Shown here: positions 18,391-28,607 of the stretch, one piece after another | Layout: each line of letters starts with the position of its first letter | Numbering within the stretch: position 1 is the first letter of the stretch | Source of the DNA: an uncultured Fibrobacterota bacterium | GTDB taxonomy: Bacteria; Fibrobacterota; Chitinivibrionia; Chitinivibrionales; FEN-1185 | DNA length: 64,000 nucleotides | Assembly (NCBI GenBank): GCA_963753345.1 | Contig: CAVWBU010000024.1 | Span: forward strand, 1-64,000 | Direction: 5' to 3' | Position numbers and translations under genes: made by a program | The notes under the pieces: model-generated | What the model was told of the DNA's origin: nothing | The model's database searches: none | Seen by the model: only the letters and a program-made list of their open reading frames with translations

Positions 18391-19197
18391 ATGAAAATCT
18401 TTTTCATCGGCGACGTGTTCGGAAACCTGGGCAAGAGAATTCTCGCCGAGCGTCTCCCTTCCTTTATCCAAGAGCATTCCATTGACGTCTGCATCGCCAA
18501 CGGCGAGAACGTCGCGGGCGGCAAGGGGCTCACCCACAATCTTATCGGCAAGCTCCGCAAATTCGGCGTCAACGTGATCACCGGCGGCAACCACTCGTTC
18601 GCCAACGCGGACGGCCTTGACGATCTGGCAAACGATCCCTTTGTGCTGCGGCCCCACAATTTCCCGCCCGGCAACGTTGGAAAAGGCACGGCGCTGTACA
18701 CCCTGGCCGACGGCCGCACGCTCGGAATTGTCAATTTACAAGGGCGAGTTTTCTTCAACGAAGACCTCGACTGCCCGTTTCGCACGGGCGAGGCCGCGAT
18801 ACGCGAACTTTCTTCCCGCACCAGGGCGATTGTCGTGGACTTTCATGCCGAGGCCACCAGCGAAAAAAAAGCCCTTGCCGCATACATTGACGGAACGGTA
18901 AGCGCCATCATCGGAACCCACACCCACGTCCAGACCGCCGACGAGCGCATTTCGGCTGCCGGCACCGCCTCCATCACCGACGCAGGCATGACCGGCGCCG
19001 AGGACTCCATTATCGGCATGAAAAAGGAGCAGGTGATACGACGGTTCCTTCTGCAGACGCCGGTCCGGTTCGAGCCGTCGGACGACGGCCCTGTCCTGTG
19101 CGGCGTTATTGTCGACATCGACGACGCAAGCGGAAAGGCGGCGTCCATTTCCCGCGTCTACGAGCGGATCAGGTTCTCCCATGAACACGATGCGTGA
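18391..19197 (+). CDS. ymdB: YmdB/TIGR00282-family metallophosphoesterase
   Basis: FIGDVFG, ANGEN, TGGNH, VDFHAEATSEK, GTHTHVQTADERI, TDAGMTG. Confidence 0.93.
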   Translation: MKIFFIGDVFGNLGKRILAERLPSFIQEHSIDVCIANGENVAGGKGLTHNLIGKLRKFGVNVITGGNHSFANADGLDDLANDPFVLRPHNFPPGNVGKGTALYTLADGRTLGIVNLQGRVFFNEDLDCPFRTGEAAIRELSSRTRAIVVDFHAEATSEKKALAAYIDGTVSAIIGTHTHVQTADERISAAGTASITDAGMTGAEDSIIGMKKEQVIRRFLLQTPVRFEPSDDGPVLCGVIVDIDDASGKAASISRVYERIRFSHEHDA

Positions 19198-20548
19198 TTC
19201 CCCGTTGTTCGAAGACGCGGATGCGCTTCTCCGGGTGAAGGAGGGCGGCGGCGGATACGGTGCCGAAACGGATGCCGGCGCTTCCGGCGAAACTCCTGTT
19301 TATCAATTTTCCCCTCCGCAGAAACGCGACAAGCCCTACACCGTAAGCGAGATCAACGGCGGCATCGCCCGCATCCTCGAGGCGGGCAACACGCTCGTGT
19401 GGGTTGAAGGCGAGATCACGGGCTTCAAGCGCGCGTCGAGCGGTCATTGCTATCTGCGACTCAAGGACGAGTCAAGCCAGATTCCCGCAGTTCTCTGGAA
19501 GCAGAGCGCGGTAAAACTCCGCTTTGATCCCAAAGACGGCATGCAGATATCCGCCATCGCGTCGATCCGGGTATACCAGAAAGGCGGATACTACCAGCTC
19601 GACATACACCGCATGCAGCCTTCCGGGCTCGGCGCGCTGTATGCGGCGTTTCTTGCGCTCAAAGAAAAGCTCGAAAAGGAAGGGCTGTTCGACCCGGCGC
19701 GCAAGAGGCCGCTGCCCGACACCGTAGCCGCGCTCGGGGTGATCACGTCGAAACGCGGGGCCGCCCTGTTCGATATTGTCAAGGTGGTGCGCTCACGCTC
19801 GCCGCGGACAAACATCGTGGTGATCGACGTTCCGGTCCAGGGAGAAACCGCAGCGCCGCGCATTGCACAGGCCCTTGGCGACATGAACCGCTTCGGCAAC
19901 GTGGACTGCATCATCGTGGGCCGCGGCGGCGGCTCGGCAGAGGACCTGTGGGCCTTTAACGAGGAAATCGTGGCGCGGGCAATAGCGTCGTCGGCGATTC
20001 CCATTATTTCAGCCGTGGGCCACGAGATTGATTTTACGATAGCGGATTTCGTTGCCGACGTGCGCGCGCCAACGCCGTCGGCGGCAGCCGAAATGGCGGT
20101 CGGCGACGACAGGGAGAACAGGCGGTATTTCGAATCGCTGTGCCGGCGCCTTTCTGCGGGGGCGCACACGCTGGTTTCCACGGCGCGCGCGTCGTTCGAT
20201 TCCCTTTCCGAAAGCCCGGGCTGGCGCCGTGCCGCGGACATGGCAACCGAGGCGAGGCAATTTCTTGACGAACTGGAAAACCGCCAGGCGCTCGCGCTCC
20301 GGGGGGCCTTTGAAAGGTCACGCCTGCGGCTCTCCGCCGCAGCGTCCGGGCTTTCGGCCCTAAGCCCTCTTTCCACCATGGCGCGCGGCTACAGCGTCGT
20401 GGCCGATGCAAGCGGAGCAGCGGTGACAAACGCGTCGCAGGTGTCGTGCGGGGATGCGATAAGAATATATTTTCACTCGGGGAGGGCCGAGGCCACGGTG
20501 ACGGCCGCGAGCGCCGATCCGGGCACTGCATCGCCAAAAAAAACATAA
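19181..20548 (+). CDS. xseA: Exodeoxyribonuclease VII large subunit
   Basis: VWVEGEI..SSGHCY..LKD; GRGGGSAEDLWAFNEE; SAVGHEIDFTIADFVADVRAPTPSAAAE. Confidence 0.96.
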   Translation: MNTMRDSPLFEDADALLRVKEGGGGYGAETDAGASGETPVYQFSPPQKRDKPYTVSEINGGIARILEAGNTLVWVEGEITGFKRASSGHCYLRLKDESSQIPAVLWKQSAVKLRFDPKDGMQISAIASIRVYQKGGYYQLDIHRMQPSGLGALYAAFLALKEKLEKEGLFDPARKRPLPDTVAALGVITSKRGAALFDIVKVVRSRSPRTNIVVIDVPVQGETAAPRIAQALGDMNRFGNVDCIIVGRGGGSAEDLWAFNEEIVARAIASSAIPIISAVGHEIDFTIADFVADVRAPTPSAAAEMAVGDDRENRRYFESLCRRLSAGAHTLVSTARASFDSLSESPGWRRAADMATEARQFLDELENRQALALRGAFERSRLRLSAAASGLSALSPLSTMARGYSVVADASGAAVTNASQVSCGDAIRIYFHSGRAEATVTAASADPGTASPKKT

Positions 20549-20566
20549 GCCGCAAGGAGCCAACCC

Positions 20567-20833
20567 TTGGCAAAAACAGACCTCAGTTTCGAAGCAGCGC
20601 TTAAGGAGCTCGAGAAGATCGTCGCAAAGCTCGAAAGCCCCGACCTCACCCTCACGAGCGCCCTGGAGCTTTTCGAAAAGGGCGTGGCGCTCATGAAGAC
20701 CTGCGATTCGCATCTGAAAAGCGCAGAGGGTAAAATCAAGGAGCTGCTTGCCGGAAAGGACGGCGCGTTCATAGAATCGATGCTCGGCGTTTCGGGCAAC
20801 GAAGCGGACAGCGGGGACAAAGCCGATGACTGA
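20567..20833 (+). CDS. xseB: Exodeoxyribonuclease VII small subunit
   Basis: SFEAALKELEKIVAKLE...ALELFEKGVAL; lies between xseA and ispA. Confidence 0.93.
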   Translation: MAKTDLSFEAALKELEKIVAKLESPDLTLTSALELFEKGVALMKTCDSHLKSAEGKIKELLAGKDGAFIESMLGVSGNEADSGDKADD

Positions 20834-21698
20834 CCTTAAAACCTACATGAAGGCCGTTGCCGAGGCCACCGAAGGCATGCTCAACAGGCTGCTCCCGCCC
20901 GACACGGCTTATCCGCCGTCCATCCATTCACTCATGCGCTACAGCACCTTTGCCGGCGGCAAGCGCGTGCGGCCCTGCCTCATCATGGCGTCCTACGAGG
21001 CGTGCGGCGGCACGTTCGGCGACGAGCACGCGCTGCTCGCCTGCGCCGCGGTGGAGATGCTCCACACGTTTTCCCTTATCCATGACGACCTCCCCTGCAT
21101 GGACGACGACGATTTCCGGCGCGGCAAGCCCACTGCGCACAAGGCGTTTAATGAGGCGCTTGCCGTGCTCGGCGGCGACGCGCTCTGCATCTTTGCGTAC
21201 GAATGCCTTGCCGGCATCGGCAGGGCCGACATCATCGCGGAGATATCCAGGGCGCTCGGCACGAGCGGCATGATCGGCGGCCAGGTGGTGGACGTGGAGT
21301 CCGAAGGCACCAAGGCATCGCGCGAGACGCTCGAATACATCCACAAAAACAAGACCGCCGCGCTCATCCGCGCCTGCGTGCGCATGGGCGCAATGCTTGC
21401 CGGAGCGGACAACGCCGCCATTGCGCGGCTCTCGGCCTACGGCGACGGCGTGGGCCTGGCGTTCCAGGTGATCGACGACATACTTGACGAAGAGGGAACA
21501 ACCGAGCAGATCGGCAAGGACGCGGGCAGCGACCGCGAAAAGGGCAAGGTGACGTTCCCGAGCGTGGTGGGCATGGAAGAATCGAAGAAGTATGCGAAGC
21601 AGCTGATCGACAAGGCGAACAGCGAGATCGCGTCGTTCGGCAACAGGGCGGAGATGTTGAGGGCATTGGCGGAGTTTATAAGAGTGAGGATTTCATAA
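20826..21698 (+). CDS. ispA: Polyprenyl (farnesyl/geranylgeranyl) diphosphate synthase
   Basis: GGKRVRP, SLIHDDLPCMDDDDFRRGKP, FQVIDDILD. Confidence 0.93.
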   Translation: MTDLKTYMKAVAEATEGMLNRLLPPDTAYPPSIHSLMRYSTFAGGKRVRPCLIMASYEACGGTFGDEHALLACAAVEMLHTFSLIHDDLPCMDDDDFRRGKPTAHKAFNEALAVLGGDALCIFAYECLAGIGRADIIAEISRALGTSGMIGGQVVDVESEGTKASRETLEYIHKNKTAALIRACVRMGAMLAGADNAAIARLSAYGDGVGLAFQVIDDILDEEGTTEQIGKDAGSDREKGKVTFPSVVGMEESKKYAKQLIDKANSEIASFGNRAEMLRALAEFIRVRIS

Positions 21699-21812
21699 GT
21701 AAGAAATGTTCCCCGGTTTTCCGACCCCTTCAAATCATGACATTCATCACCGAATATTGTAACTTCGTCAGGTTGACGAGGCGGCAACTGCTTTTCGGGG
21801 ACCCAAACATCC

Positions 21813-22550
21813 CTACGGTGATATGACAAAGCCGAGTGACGCCAGCGGGCAAAAGCCGTTGCCTATGATTCCGCTGAGACATATGATAAAAAACGCATGT
21901 TCCCGACCAAACAAAAAGCGCAGTTCTGGGCAGACTGACCCCCCTTTGATGTGGACAGCCGGTTCCGGGGGCACATTCAAATCGGTGTTGTCCTGGTCCT
22001 TGTCTATTTGATAATAGGTGAAGAACCCACCGGCGGCGAATTCAAACAGGTTTCTATAATCGTAGAGATAGTCGACATGCAGGCCGGCAAGAAACAATTT
22101 GCTGAACCCGTAGATCGTAGGCGAAATATCCAATCCTAAATACATCGGCCAGAATCTCAGACCTGGCTGCAGGGTAACCATCACAAGGGATTCGTTTTCG
22201 ATTGGAACAACGGGAATTACCTGAGCAGACATGGAAAAGTGAAGCCTACGCGGCTTGACTGATATGTGCTCGACACTGTCTTCTAGAGTCGTGACCTTTT
22301 CCCAATCTGAAAAACAATGCAGCTTTCGACCTTCTATAGAGTGCTTGCCGGGTGGTACGCTTACCACAATGCTGTCATGAATGCCGAATGATTTCCCATC
22401 CACGAAGACCTCGACATTCCCTCCCTCGGTTGTTATGTCAATGGTTGACTTCTGCTGGCAAAACGGGGACGACCATGCAGCTGAAAATAGAAACGCCAAG
22501 AGAAACCGCGCTCTACTTTTCATCCGATAAACAGGAACCGGCATTTTCAC
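21813..22550 (-). CDS. Exported hypothetical protein with PEGA-like domain
   Basis: Signal-like N terminus; VEVFVDGKSFG...VPPGKHSIE; beta-strand-rich C terminus. Confidence 0.55.
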   Translation of the reverse strand: MKMPVPVYRMKSRARFLLAFLFSAAWSSPFCQQKSTIDITTEGGNVEVFVDGKSFGIHDSIVVSVPPGKHSIEGRKLHCFSDWEKVTTLEDSVEHISVKPRRLHFSMSAQVIPVVPIENESLVMVTLQPGLRFWPMYLGLDISPTIYGFSKLFLAGLHVDYLYDYRNLFEFAAGGFFTYYQIDKDQDNTDLNVPPEPAVHIKGGSVCPELRFLFGREHAFFIICLSGIIGNGFCPLASLGFVISP

Positions 22551-22989
22551 CCTTTCTTTGATTCACATTCGAGCGGATGCGCCGTTCGGATGTACGCTGC
22601 TTCACTCAATCCGGCGGACCTGCACGAGCTGAAAAAAAATACGGCTTCCCGAGGTTCATGTCAACATTGAAAGGATAAATTCCCATTCGTCATGTTGGCG
22701 GCGTACAATGTGAAGGCGCATCCGTCCAAGATCCTCTTGACAATGCCACTGGAACAGCAGGGAACGCACAGCCATTGTCTCGCCCGGTCCAACAATATCA
22801 GATCCATCGCCATATTGACAAAAAGTATGAGAATCCACGTGGCGAAGACCGCATCTCTCGTTGAATCGCCCACACTCACGCGCCATAACCGTTGACTGCA
22901 CTGACAACAAACCGTATTTTCTGACAGGTGATCGGCCGGATCGTCCATCAGCCCGAGGTTCGCTTCTTCATATACGGATGTGTCTCCCC

Positions 22990-24153
22990 ATGAAAGCGCT
23001 TGAAAAGATCCGCGCCCTGCCTGGATCGCCGCTCGGCTATGTGCTCCTTCTGTTTTTTGCAACCAGGATCGTTTTGACCCTTGTCGGCGTGGCGTCGCAT
23101 GGGTTTCTGGAACATGTTGACGGAAGGGAATTCACGTGGCACTATTCGCATCACGGCTGGCTGTCGGCGTGGGCGCTCTGGGACGCGGGCTGGTATCTCG
23201 ACATTGCAAAGAACGGCTACGCGCTTTCGCTTGTCTCCGACCTGCCGAAGAACGTTGATCCCGGCCAGATCAATTTCGGTTTTTTTCCCCTGTACCCGCT
23301 GTGCATCTCGCTTGTCAGCATGATCATCGGCGGACATTATCTCGTTTCGGCGCTCCTGGTGTCCAACATCTGCCTCGTGCTCGCCGGCCTCCTTCTGTAC
23401 AAGCTGGTGCGTATCGACTGGCCTGAACGTGAGGCGCGCCGAGCAGTCCTCTACCTGTTTGTGTTCCCGGTTTCGTTCATTTTGTCCGCGGTGTTTGCGG
23501 AGTCGCTGTTTTTGGTTTTGTCCCTCGCCTTGTTCTATGCATTGCGAAAAGAGAAGCTCGTGCCGGGCTTTCTCGCCGGCATAGGACTGGGCCTGTGCAG
23601 GCCCGCCGCGCTGTTTGTGGTTCCCGCAGTGGCACTGGCGCTCGCCATGGCGCCGCAGTTGAATAGGAAAAAAATCGCGCTGTCGCTTGTGGCGTGCGCC
23701 GGCATTCCCCTCGGATACTTTCTTTTTTCCCTGTTCTGCCACACGGCAACCGGCGACTGGTCGTTTTATACACACCTCAAGCAGGCGGCATGGGGGGCTG
23801 CATGGCAAAACCCGCTCATGGTGCTCGCGCGTTGTTTTCTTTCGAAAGACGTCACCGTCGTGATCAACGGCTCCGCAATAGCGGCGGGGTCGGCGCTGCT
23901 CGTCATCGTGTGGAAGAAAATCGGCATAGTCAACGCGCTGCTCGGCCTCCTGCTCCTGCTCCTGCCGCTTACCGCCGGGGGAATGATCATCCGAGGCATG
24001 CTGCGCTACACTGCCGCGGTGTTCCCGCTGTTTATCGCCTGTTCCGTTTTCGCAAGGACCCGGTTCGCACACGGCATCATCATTGCCGTTTTCTGCATCC
24101 TGCAGATCATCTTTATGGCGGTGTGGACGAACGGGTTTCCGCTTATCGTGTGA
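22990..24153 (+). CDS. Membrane mannosyltransferase-family (PIG-V-like, GT-C) protein
   Basis: WDAGWYLDIAKNGY, FFPLYP, FAESLFL, multiple TM helices. Confidence 0.8.
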   Translation: MKALEKIRALPGSPLGYVLLLFFATRIVLTLVGVASHGFLEHVDGREFTWHYSHHGWLSAWALWDAGWYLDIAKNGYALSLVSDLPKNVDPGQINFGFFPLYPLCISLVSMIIGGHYLVSALLVSNICLVLAGLLLYKLVRIDWPEREARRAVLYLFVFPVSFILSAVFAESLFLVLSLALFYALRKEKLVPGFLAGIGLGLCRPAALFVVPAVALALAMAPQLNRKKIALSLVACAGIPLGYFLFSLFCHTATGDWSFYTHLKQAAWGAAWQNPLMVLARCFLSKDVTVVINGSAIAAGSALLVIVWKKIGIVNALLGLLLLLLPLTAGGMIIRGMLRYTAAVFPLFIACSVFARTRFAHGIIIAVFCILQIIFMAVWTNGFPLIV

Positions 24154-24184
24154 TATATTTACAGTCGCGATAATGTTGGATTGG

Positions 24185-24300
24185 TGGGGGATGTATCCCC
24201 CTGCCTGCGGCCCTGCGGTCCTCCGGCACCCCCTCCTGGGTGCACCCCAAGTGGAAGCAGCTGCAGAACCAGACACCAGTGTGGGGGCACCCATGGAGAG
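24185..24300 (+). repeat. Structured repeat family A, copy 2
   Basis: GGGGGA-TGTA-TCCCCC; CTCCTGGGTGCACCCC...GGGGGCACCCATGGAG. Confidence 0.85.
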
Positions 24301-24366
24301 CGGTTGAGAAGAAAAAGCGTTGAAAAGTTTGATGGTTGAGAAGTTAAGAAGAAAAGACGTAAACAA

Positions 24367-24395
24367 GTTGACGGTTGACGGTTGACAGTTGACAG
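24367..24395 (+). repeat. Heptamer tandem repeat (GTTGACR)x4
   Basis: gttgacg gttgacg gttgaca gttgaca. Confidence 0.85.
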
Positions 24396-24484
24396 CAGGA
24401 ATACAAAAGGAACAATTTGCATTTCCCTTCTCCACCGAGTGGAGAGGGGTGGCCGCAATGGCGGCCAGGGTGAGGCGACTGATC

Positions 24485-24697
24485 CCGATTGGCGCAAGAA
24501 AAAGAAATTGACGGAATAGATTTCCACTGCCGCGCGTTAGGTGGACTGGAGGGTGAGCAAGAGCGAATTGCCGGCCGACCCGGCCGACAGGCATAGGGCG
24601 GTCCGGCAACGAGGCTTATAGCCGAGCCCGGAAGGAGACCGACCCCATGTAGAGTCGCACGGCCGTGCGACTCTACATGGGGGAACGCCCAATTCTT
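24485..24697 (+). repeat. Structured repeat family B, copy 2, containing a 40-bp perfect palindrome
   Basis: Close match to 4043-4240; CCCCATGTAGAGTCGCACGG|CCGTGCGACTCTACATGGGG at 24643-24682. Confidence 0.85.
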
Positions 24698-24710
24698 CTT
24701 TTTTATCAAA

Positions 24711-25517
24711 TCACATTAATATCAAATCTATCACCACATTGAAAAACAGGATCATGATCGACGCGGCGACCACCGCGTTCTTCGTGGACTCGCCCACGCC
24801 CACGGCGCCGCCGCGCGTAAAGAAGCCGTAGTAGCATCCCGACAAGGCGATGCTGCCGCCGAACACGAACCCCTTGACAATGCCGATAACCACGTCCCGC
24901 GTCTGGAACAGGGCGCGCATTGAGTTGTAGAATGAGATGGCCGTGATGTCGAACGAAATCGTCACCAGGATCTGTGCGGACAGAATGGCGAAGAAGAACG
25001 AAAAGACAATGAGGAACGGCGTCATGAGGAACCCGGCGAGCACCCGCGGGGAGAGCAGGTAGCAGAACGGGTTGAGCGACAGGCATACCATTGCGTCAAG
25101 CTGCTCCGTCACCTTCATGGTGCCCAGTTCGGCGGCAAGCTTCGCGCCGATGCGTCCCGTGAGCACGAGCGCGATGAGCACCGGGCCGAGGTCGGTGAAC
25201 ACCGCCTTTCCAATCGCGAACCCGATGTAGGTCTTGGGAAAATAGTCGCCGCAGAGATACTGCGCCTGCCATGCGCTCACCGCGCCGATGAAGACGGAGG
25301 CGAGAAACACGATGGATATCGAGTTGACGCCGATGCGCACCATCTGCTCGACAAGCAGGTGCGACTTGCGCATGAGGGCGGGAACGGCCTGCAGCACTTC
25401 GAGGAAGAACAGGCCCACGGCCCCGCATTCCTCGATGCCCTCGCGCGCCGACGAGCCGAAACTGTCTGCGATGTCGTTGAAAACGTCGGCAGCGGACTGG
25501 GGGTGTCTGGCAGGCAT
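24711..25517 (-). CDS. MlaE-family ABC transporter permease
   Basis: LGPVLIALVLTGRIGAKLAAELGTMKVTEQLDAM; GGAVGVGESTKNAVV. Confidence 0.9.
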   Translation of the reverse strand: MPARHPQSAADVFNDIADSFGSSAREGIEECGAVGLFFLEVLQAVPALMRKSHLLVEQMVRIGVNSISIVFLASVFIGAVSAWQAQYLCGDYFPKTYIGFAIGKAVFTDLGPVLIALVLTGRIGAKLAAELGTMKVTEQLDAMVCLSLNPFCYLLSPRVLAGFLMTPFLIVFSFFFAILSAQILVTISFDITAISFYNSMRALFQTRDVVIGIVKGFVFGGSIALSGCYYGFFTRGGAVGVGESTKNAVVAASIMILFFNVVIDLILM

Positions 25518-25519
25518 AT

Positions 25520-26698
25520 CTACTTTTGTAAAATATCAATTGCCAAGGCCGTGTGCACGGCTATTCCGGTGAGCATGGCGCGTTCGTCGGGGTTGAAATC
25601 CGGCGTATGAATGCCGGGTACGTTCTTCCTTCCCGCAGGCCGCACGCCGAGATGAACATACACGCCCGGCGCGCGGCGCTGGAAACTTGAAAAATCCTCG
25701 GCGAGCATGGTGGGCCTTGTGCGCCGCACGACCCGTCGCTTCCCCAACACGGCCGACAGGGCCGCGAATGCGCGGGCGGCGGCGGCGGGATCGTTGTAGC
25801 CCGGGGGATAAGCCTTGTCAAAGGAGACTTTCGCGCCTGCGCGGTGCGAGCGCGCGATTGATTGAACCAGGGTTGTTACGCGGGCAACGAGGGACGAAAG
25901 GCGCATGTCCGACAGGGCGCGTACGGTGCCGCAAAAAAAAGCCTCGTCCGGTATGATGTTGTGCTTGGTGCCTGCCGCTATTTTTCCCACCGTCACAATG
26001 CAGGGATGGCGCGGCGATGATTCTTGTTTGGCAAGTTTAGCGAGCGCGACGATCATTTCGCTCGCGCACACAATGGGGTCTACGGCCCGTTCGGGCATGG
26101 CGCCGTGCGCGCCCCTCCCTTTTACGGTCACGTCGAAGTCCGCAATGCCCGCGTAATCCGGCCCGGCCTTGATGCCGACCGCGCCGCACGGGTGCTCCGG
26201 GTTCACATGGAGGCCGAACACGGCGGACGCCCGGGCCGGAAAGACGCCTTCCCGGAGCATGACCGACGCGCCACCGGGCGCCGACTCCTCGCTCGGCTGG
26301 AAGAGAAACACCACCGTTCCCTTCCACCGGTCCCGCAGCGAGATCAGCGCCTTTGCCGCGCCGAGCAGACAAGCGGTGTGCATGTCGTGGCCGCAGGCGT
26401 GCATGACGCCGGAATTGACAGAGGAGAACTTGAGCCCCGTCTTCTCCGCAATGGGGAGGGCGTCCATGTCGGCACGCAGGGCGACGGTTGCGCCCGTGCC
26501 GTTGACAAGCGAGGCAACGACGCCGGTTTTCTTGCAGCAGAACCGGGGACTAAGCCCCAGGGCGCGGAGGCGGCGGTGCACCAGCGCCGCGGTGCGGAAT
26601 TCCCGGCCGGACAGTTCGGGGTGCCGGTGAATTTCCCGACGCACGCTTTTACTCAGCGGATAGGCGCTTTTTGCGGCGGCTAAAACGGGCGACGTCAC
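25520..26698 (-). CDS. M20-family amidohydrolase
   Basis: RREIHRHPELS, LRADMDALP, MHACGHDMH, FQPSEE, AEDFS. Confidence 0.92.
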   Translation of the reverse strand: MTSPVLAAAKSAYPLSKSVRREIHRHPELSGREFRTAALVHRRLRALGLSPRFCCKKTGVVASLVNGTGATVALRADMDALPIAEKTGLKFSSVNSGVMHACGHDMHTACLLGAAKALISLRDRWKGTVVFLFQPSEESAPGGASVMLREGVFPARASAVFGLHVNPEHPCGAVGIKAGPDYAGIADFDVTVKGRGAHGAMPERAVDPIVCASEMIVALAKLAKQESSPRHPCIVTVGKIAAGTKHNIIPDEAFFCGTVRALSDMRLSSLVARVTTLVQSIARSHRAGAKVSFDKAYPPGYNDPAAAARAFAALSAVLGKRRVVRRTRPTMLAEDFSSFQRRAPGVYVHLGVRPAGRKNVPGIHTPDFNPDERAMLTGIAVHTALAIDILQK

Positions 26699-27573
26699 CT
26701 GAACATCTTCTCCCGTTTTCTGAAGAACCTGACAAGCGGATCGACATAATCCGCGCCGGTCGAAATCTGAATCTCGTCGATCCCGTTGGCGCGGAAAAAG
26801 GCCGACAGCTCCCTGCCGCGGCGTTCCGCTTCGGACGCAAACGCACGGCGCAGGTTTCTGTCGCGCGAGTCAACGAGCATGGCCGCGCCCGTTTCCGGGT
26901 CCTGCAATTCGACGAGCCCCACGGCGGGCAGCTCCTTTTCGCGGGGGTCGGTGACGGTGATTGCGACGAAATCGTGACGGTGGCTCGCAACCCGGATTGG
27001 CACCTCGTATCCGGCGTTGAGAAAATCCGACACCAGAAACACCACCGATTTCTTGGTGATGACGCGGTTGAGAAACCCGATGGCCGCGCCGATGTCGGTG
27101 CCGCGCTTGACGGGACGGAAGTAGAGCAGCTCGCGGATCACGCGCAGGACATGGTTCTTGCCTTTCTTGGGTGGGATGTATTTCTCGACGTCGGACGTGA
27201 AGATGATGAGCCCCACCCTGTCGTTGTTCTTGATGGCCGAGAACGCGAGCAGCGCGCAGAGTTCCACGGCCACTTCGTCCTTGAACCGCGCGACCGAGCC
27301 GAAATGCCCCGACGAGCTGGCGTCCACCACGAGCATCACGGTGAGCTCGCGCTCCTCAACGTGCTTCTTGACATAGGGCTGTCCCATCCGCGCGGTGACG
27401 TTCCAGTCGATGGAGCGCACATCGTCGCCCTCGGCGTAGGTGCGCACCTCGGAGAATTCCATGCCGCGGCCCTTAAAGACGCTCTGGTATTCTCCAGACA
27501 GAATCGACTCCACGACGCTCCGCGTGCGTATCTCGATGCGCCGGACCTTCTGCAGCACTTCCTTGGGTATCAT
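26695..27573 (-). CDS. DUF58-family protein (MoxR-associated)
   Basis: GRGMEFSEVRTY..GDDVRSIDWNVTAR; VDASSS; VSDF. Confidence 0.92.
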   Translation of the reverse strand: MIPKEVLQKVRRIEIRTRSVVESILSGEYQSVFKGRGMEFSEVRTYAEGDDVRSIDWNVTARMGQPYVKKHVEERELTVMLVVDASSSGHFGSVARFKDEVAVELCALLAFSAIKNNDRVGLIIFTSDVEKYIPPKKGKNHVLRVIRELLYFRPVKRGTDIGAAIGFLNRVITKKSVVFLVSDFLNAGYEVPIRVASHRHDFVAITVTDPREKELPAVGLVELQDPETGAAMLVDSRDRNLRRAFASEAERRGRELSAFFRANGIDEIQISTGADYVDPLVRFFRKREKMFR

Positions 27574-27617
27574 ATTTGTCTTTAGTCAAGATGAACTGCG
27601 TGTTCGCATGCAAAGTC

Positions 27618-28607
27618 CTACGGCACTTCCACGCTGTCGAAAATCTTCTGGACGATGTCCTCGGGGGTGACGTTCTCCGCCTCGGCCTCATAGGTGAGCA
27701 GAACGCGGTGCCGCAGGACGTCCATGCCGACGCTCTTCACGTCTTCCGGCGTCACATAGCCGCGGCCGCGGATGAAGGCGAGCGCGCGCGCCGCCCGGGC
27801 AAGAAAAATGGTGGCGCGCGGCGATGCGCCGTAGGCAATGAGCTCCTTCAGGTCTTTCTGGCCCGCCTTCTCCGGCTCGCGCGTGGCAAACGTGATGCTC
27901 ACGATATAGTCTTCGACCTTCGGGTCCATGTAGATCTCGTTCACCACGTTGCGGGCCGAAAGGATTTTGTCAACCGTTACCACCTTGGAGACCTCGGGAA
28001 CGGTACCTTTCCCCATCCGAGCGAGGATGTCCTTCTCCTCTTCCCTGGTGGGATAGACGATTTTGACCTTGAGCATGAACCGGTCGACCTGCGCTTCCGG
28101 AAGCGGATATGTCCCCTCCTGCTCGATGGGGTTCTGCGTGGCAAGCACGAGAAACGGGTCGTCGAGGGGATAGGTGGTGTCGCCGATGGTCACCTGCCGC
28201 TCCTGCATCGCCTCGAGCAGCGCGCTCTGCACTTTGGCCGGCGCCCGGTTGATTTCGTCGGCGAGGATGATGTTCGCGAAAATGGGCCCCTTCTTGGGAA
28301 CGAACTCGCCGGTCTTCTGGTTGTAAATCATGGTGCCCGTGAGGTCTGCGGGCAGAAGGTCAGGCGTGAACTGCAGCCTGCGGAATTTTGTGTCGATGGT
28401 CTTGGCCAGCGTGGAAATCGCGAGAGTCTTCGCAAGGCCCGGCACGCCTTCGAGAAGAATATGCCCTCGGGTGAGGAGGCCGATAAGCAGCCTGTCAAGC
28501 ATTTTCGCCTGACCGACAATCACCTTGGCCATCTCGCTCTTGAGGAGGGCGACGAAGCTGCTCTCCTCCTTGATTTTCTCGTTGAGAACCGCAATGTCGA
28601 CGCTCAT
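27618..28607 (-). CDS. MoxR-family AAA+ ATPase
   Basis: LEGVPGLAKT, QFTPDLLPADLTG, DEINRAPAKVQSALLEAMQE, TQNPIEQEGTYPLPEAQVDRF. Confidence 0.95.
   Translation of the reverse strand: MSVDIAVLNEKIKEESSFVALLKSEMAKVIVGQAKMLDRLLIGLLTRGHILLEGVPGLAKTLAISTLAKTIDTKFRRLQFTPDLLPADLTGTMIYNQKTGEFVPKKGPIFANIILADEINRAPAKVQSALLEAMQERQVTIGDTTYPLDDPFLVLATQNPIEQEGTYPLPEAQVDRFMLKVKIVYPTREEEKDILARMGKGTVPEVSKVVTVDKILSARNVVNEIYMDPKVEDYIVSITFATREPEKAGQKDLKELIAYGASPRATIFLARAARALAFIRGRGYVTPEDVKSVGMDVLRHRVLLTYEAEAENVTPEDIVQKIFDSVEVP

Noticed and set aside
22661-23062. Small minus-strand ORFs upstream of the mannosyltransferase
   Set aside because: No motif or clear RBS; cannot be supported.
24711-28607. moxR-DUF58-amidohydrolase-mlaE as a novel system
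   Set aside because: All are common families; the partners (vWA proteins, MlaF/D) are probably elsewhere, and I see no evidence of a shared function.
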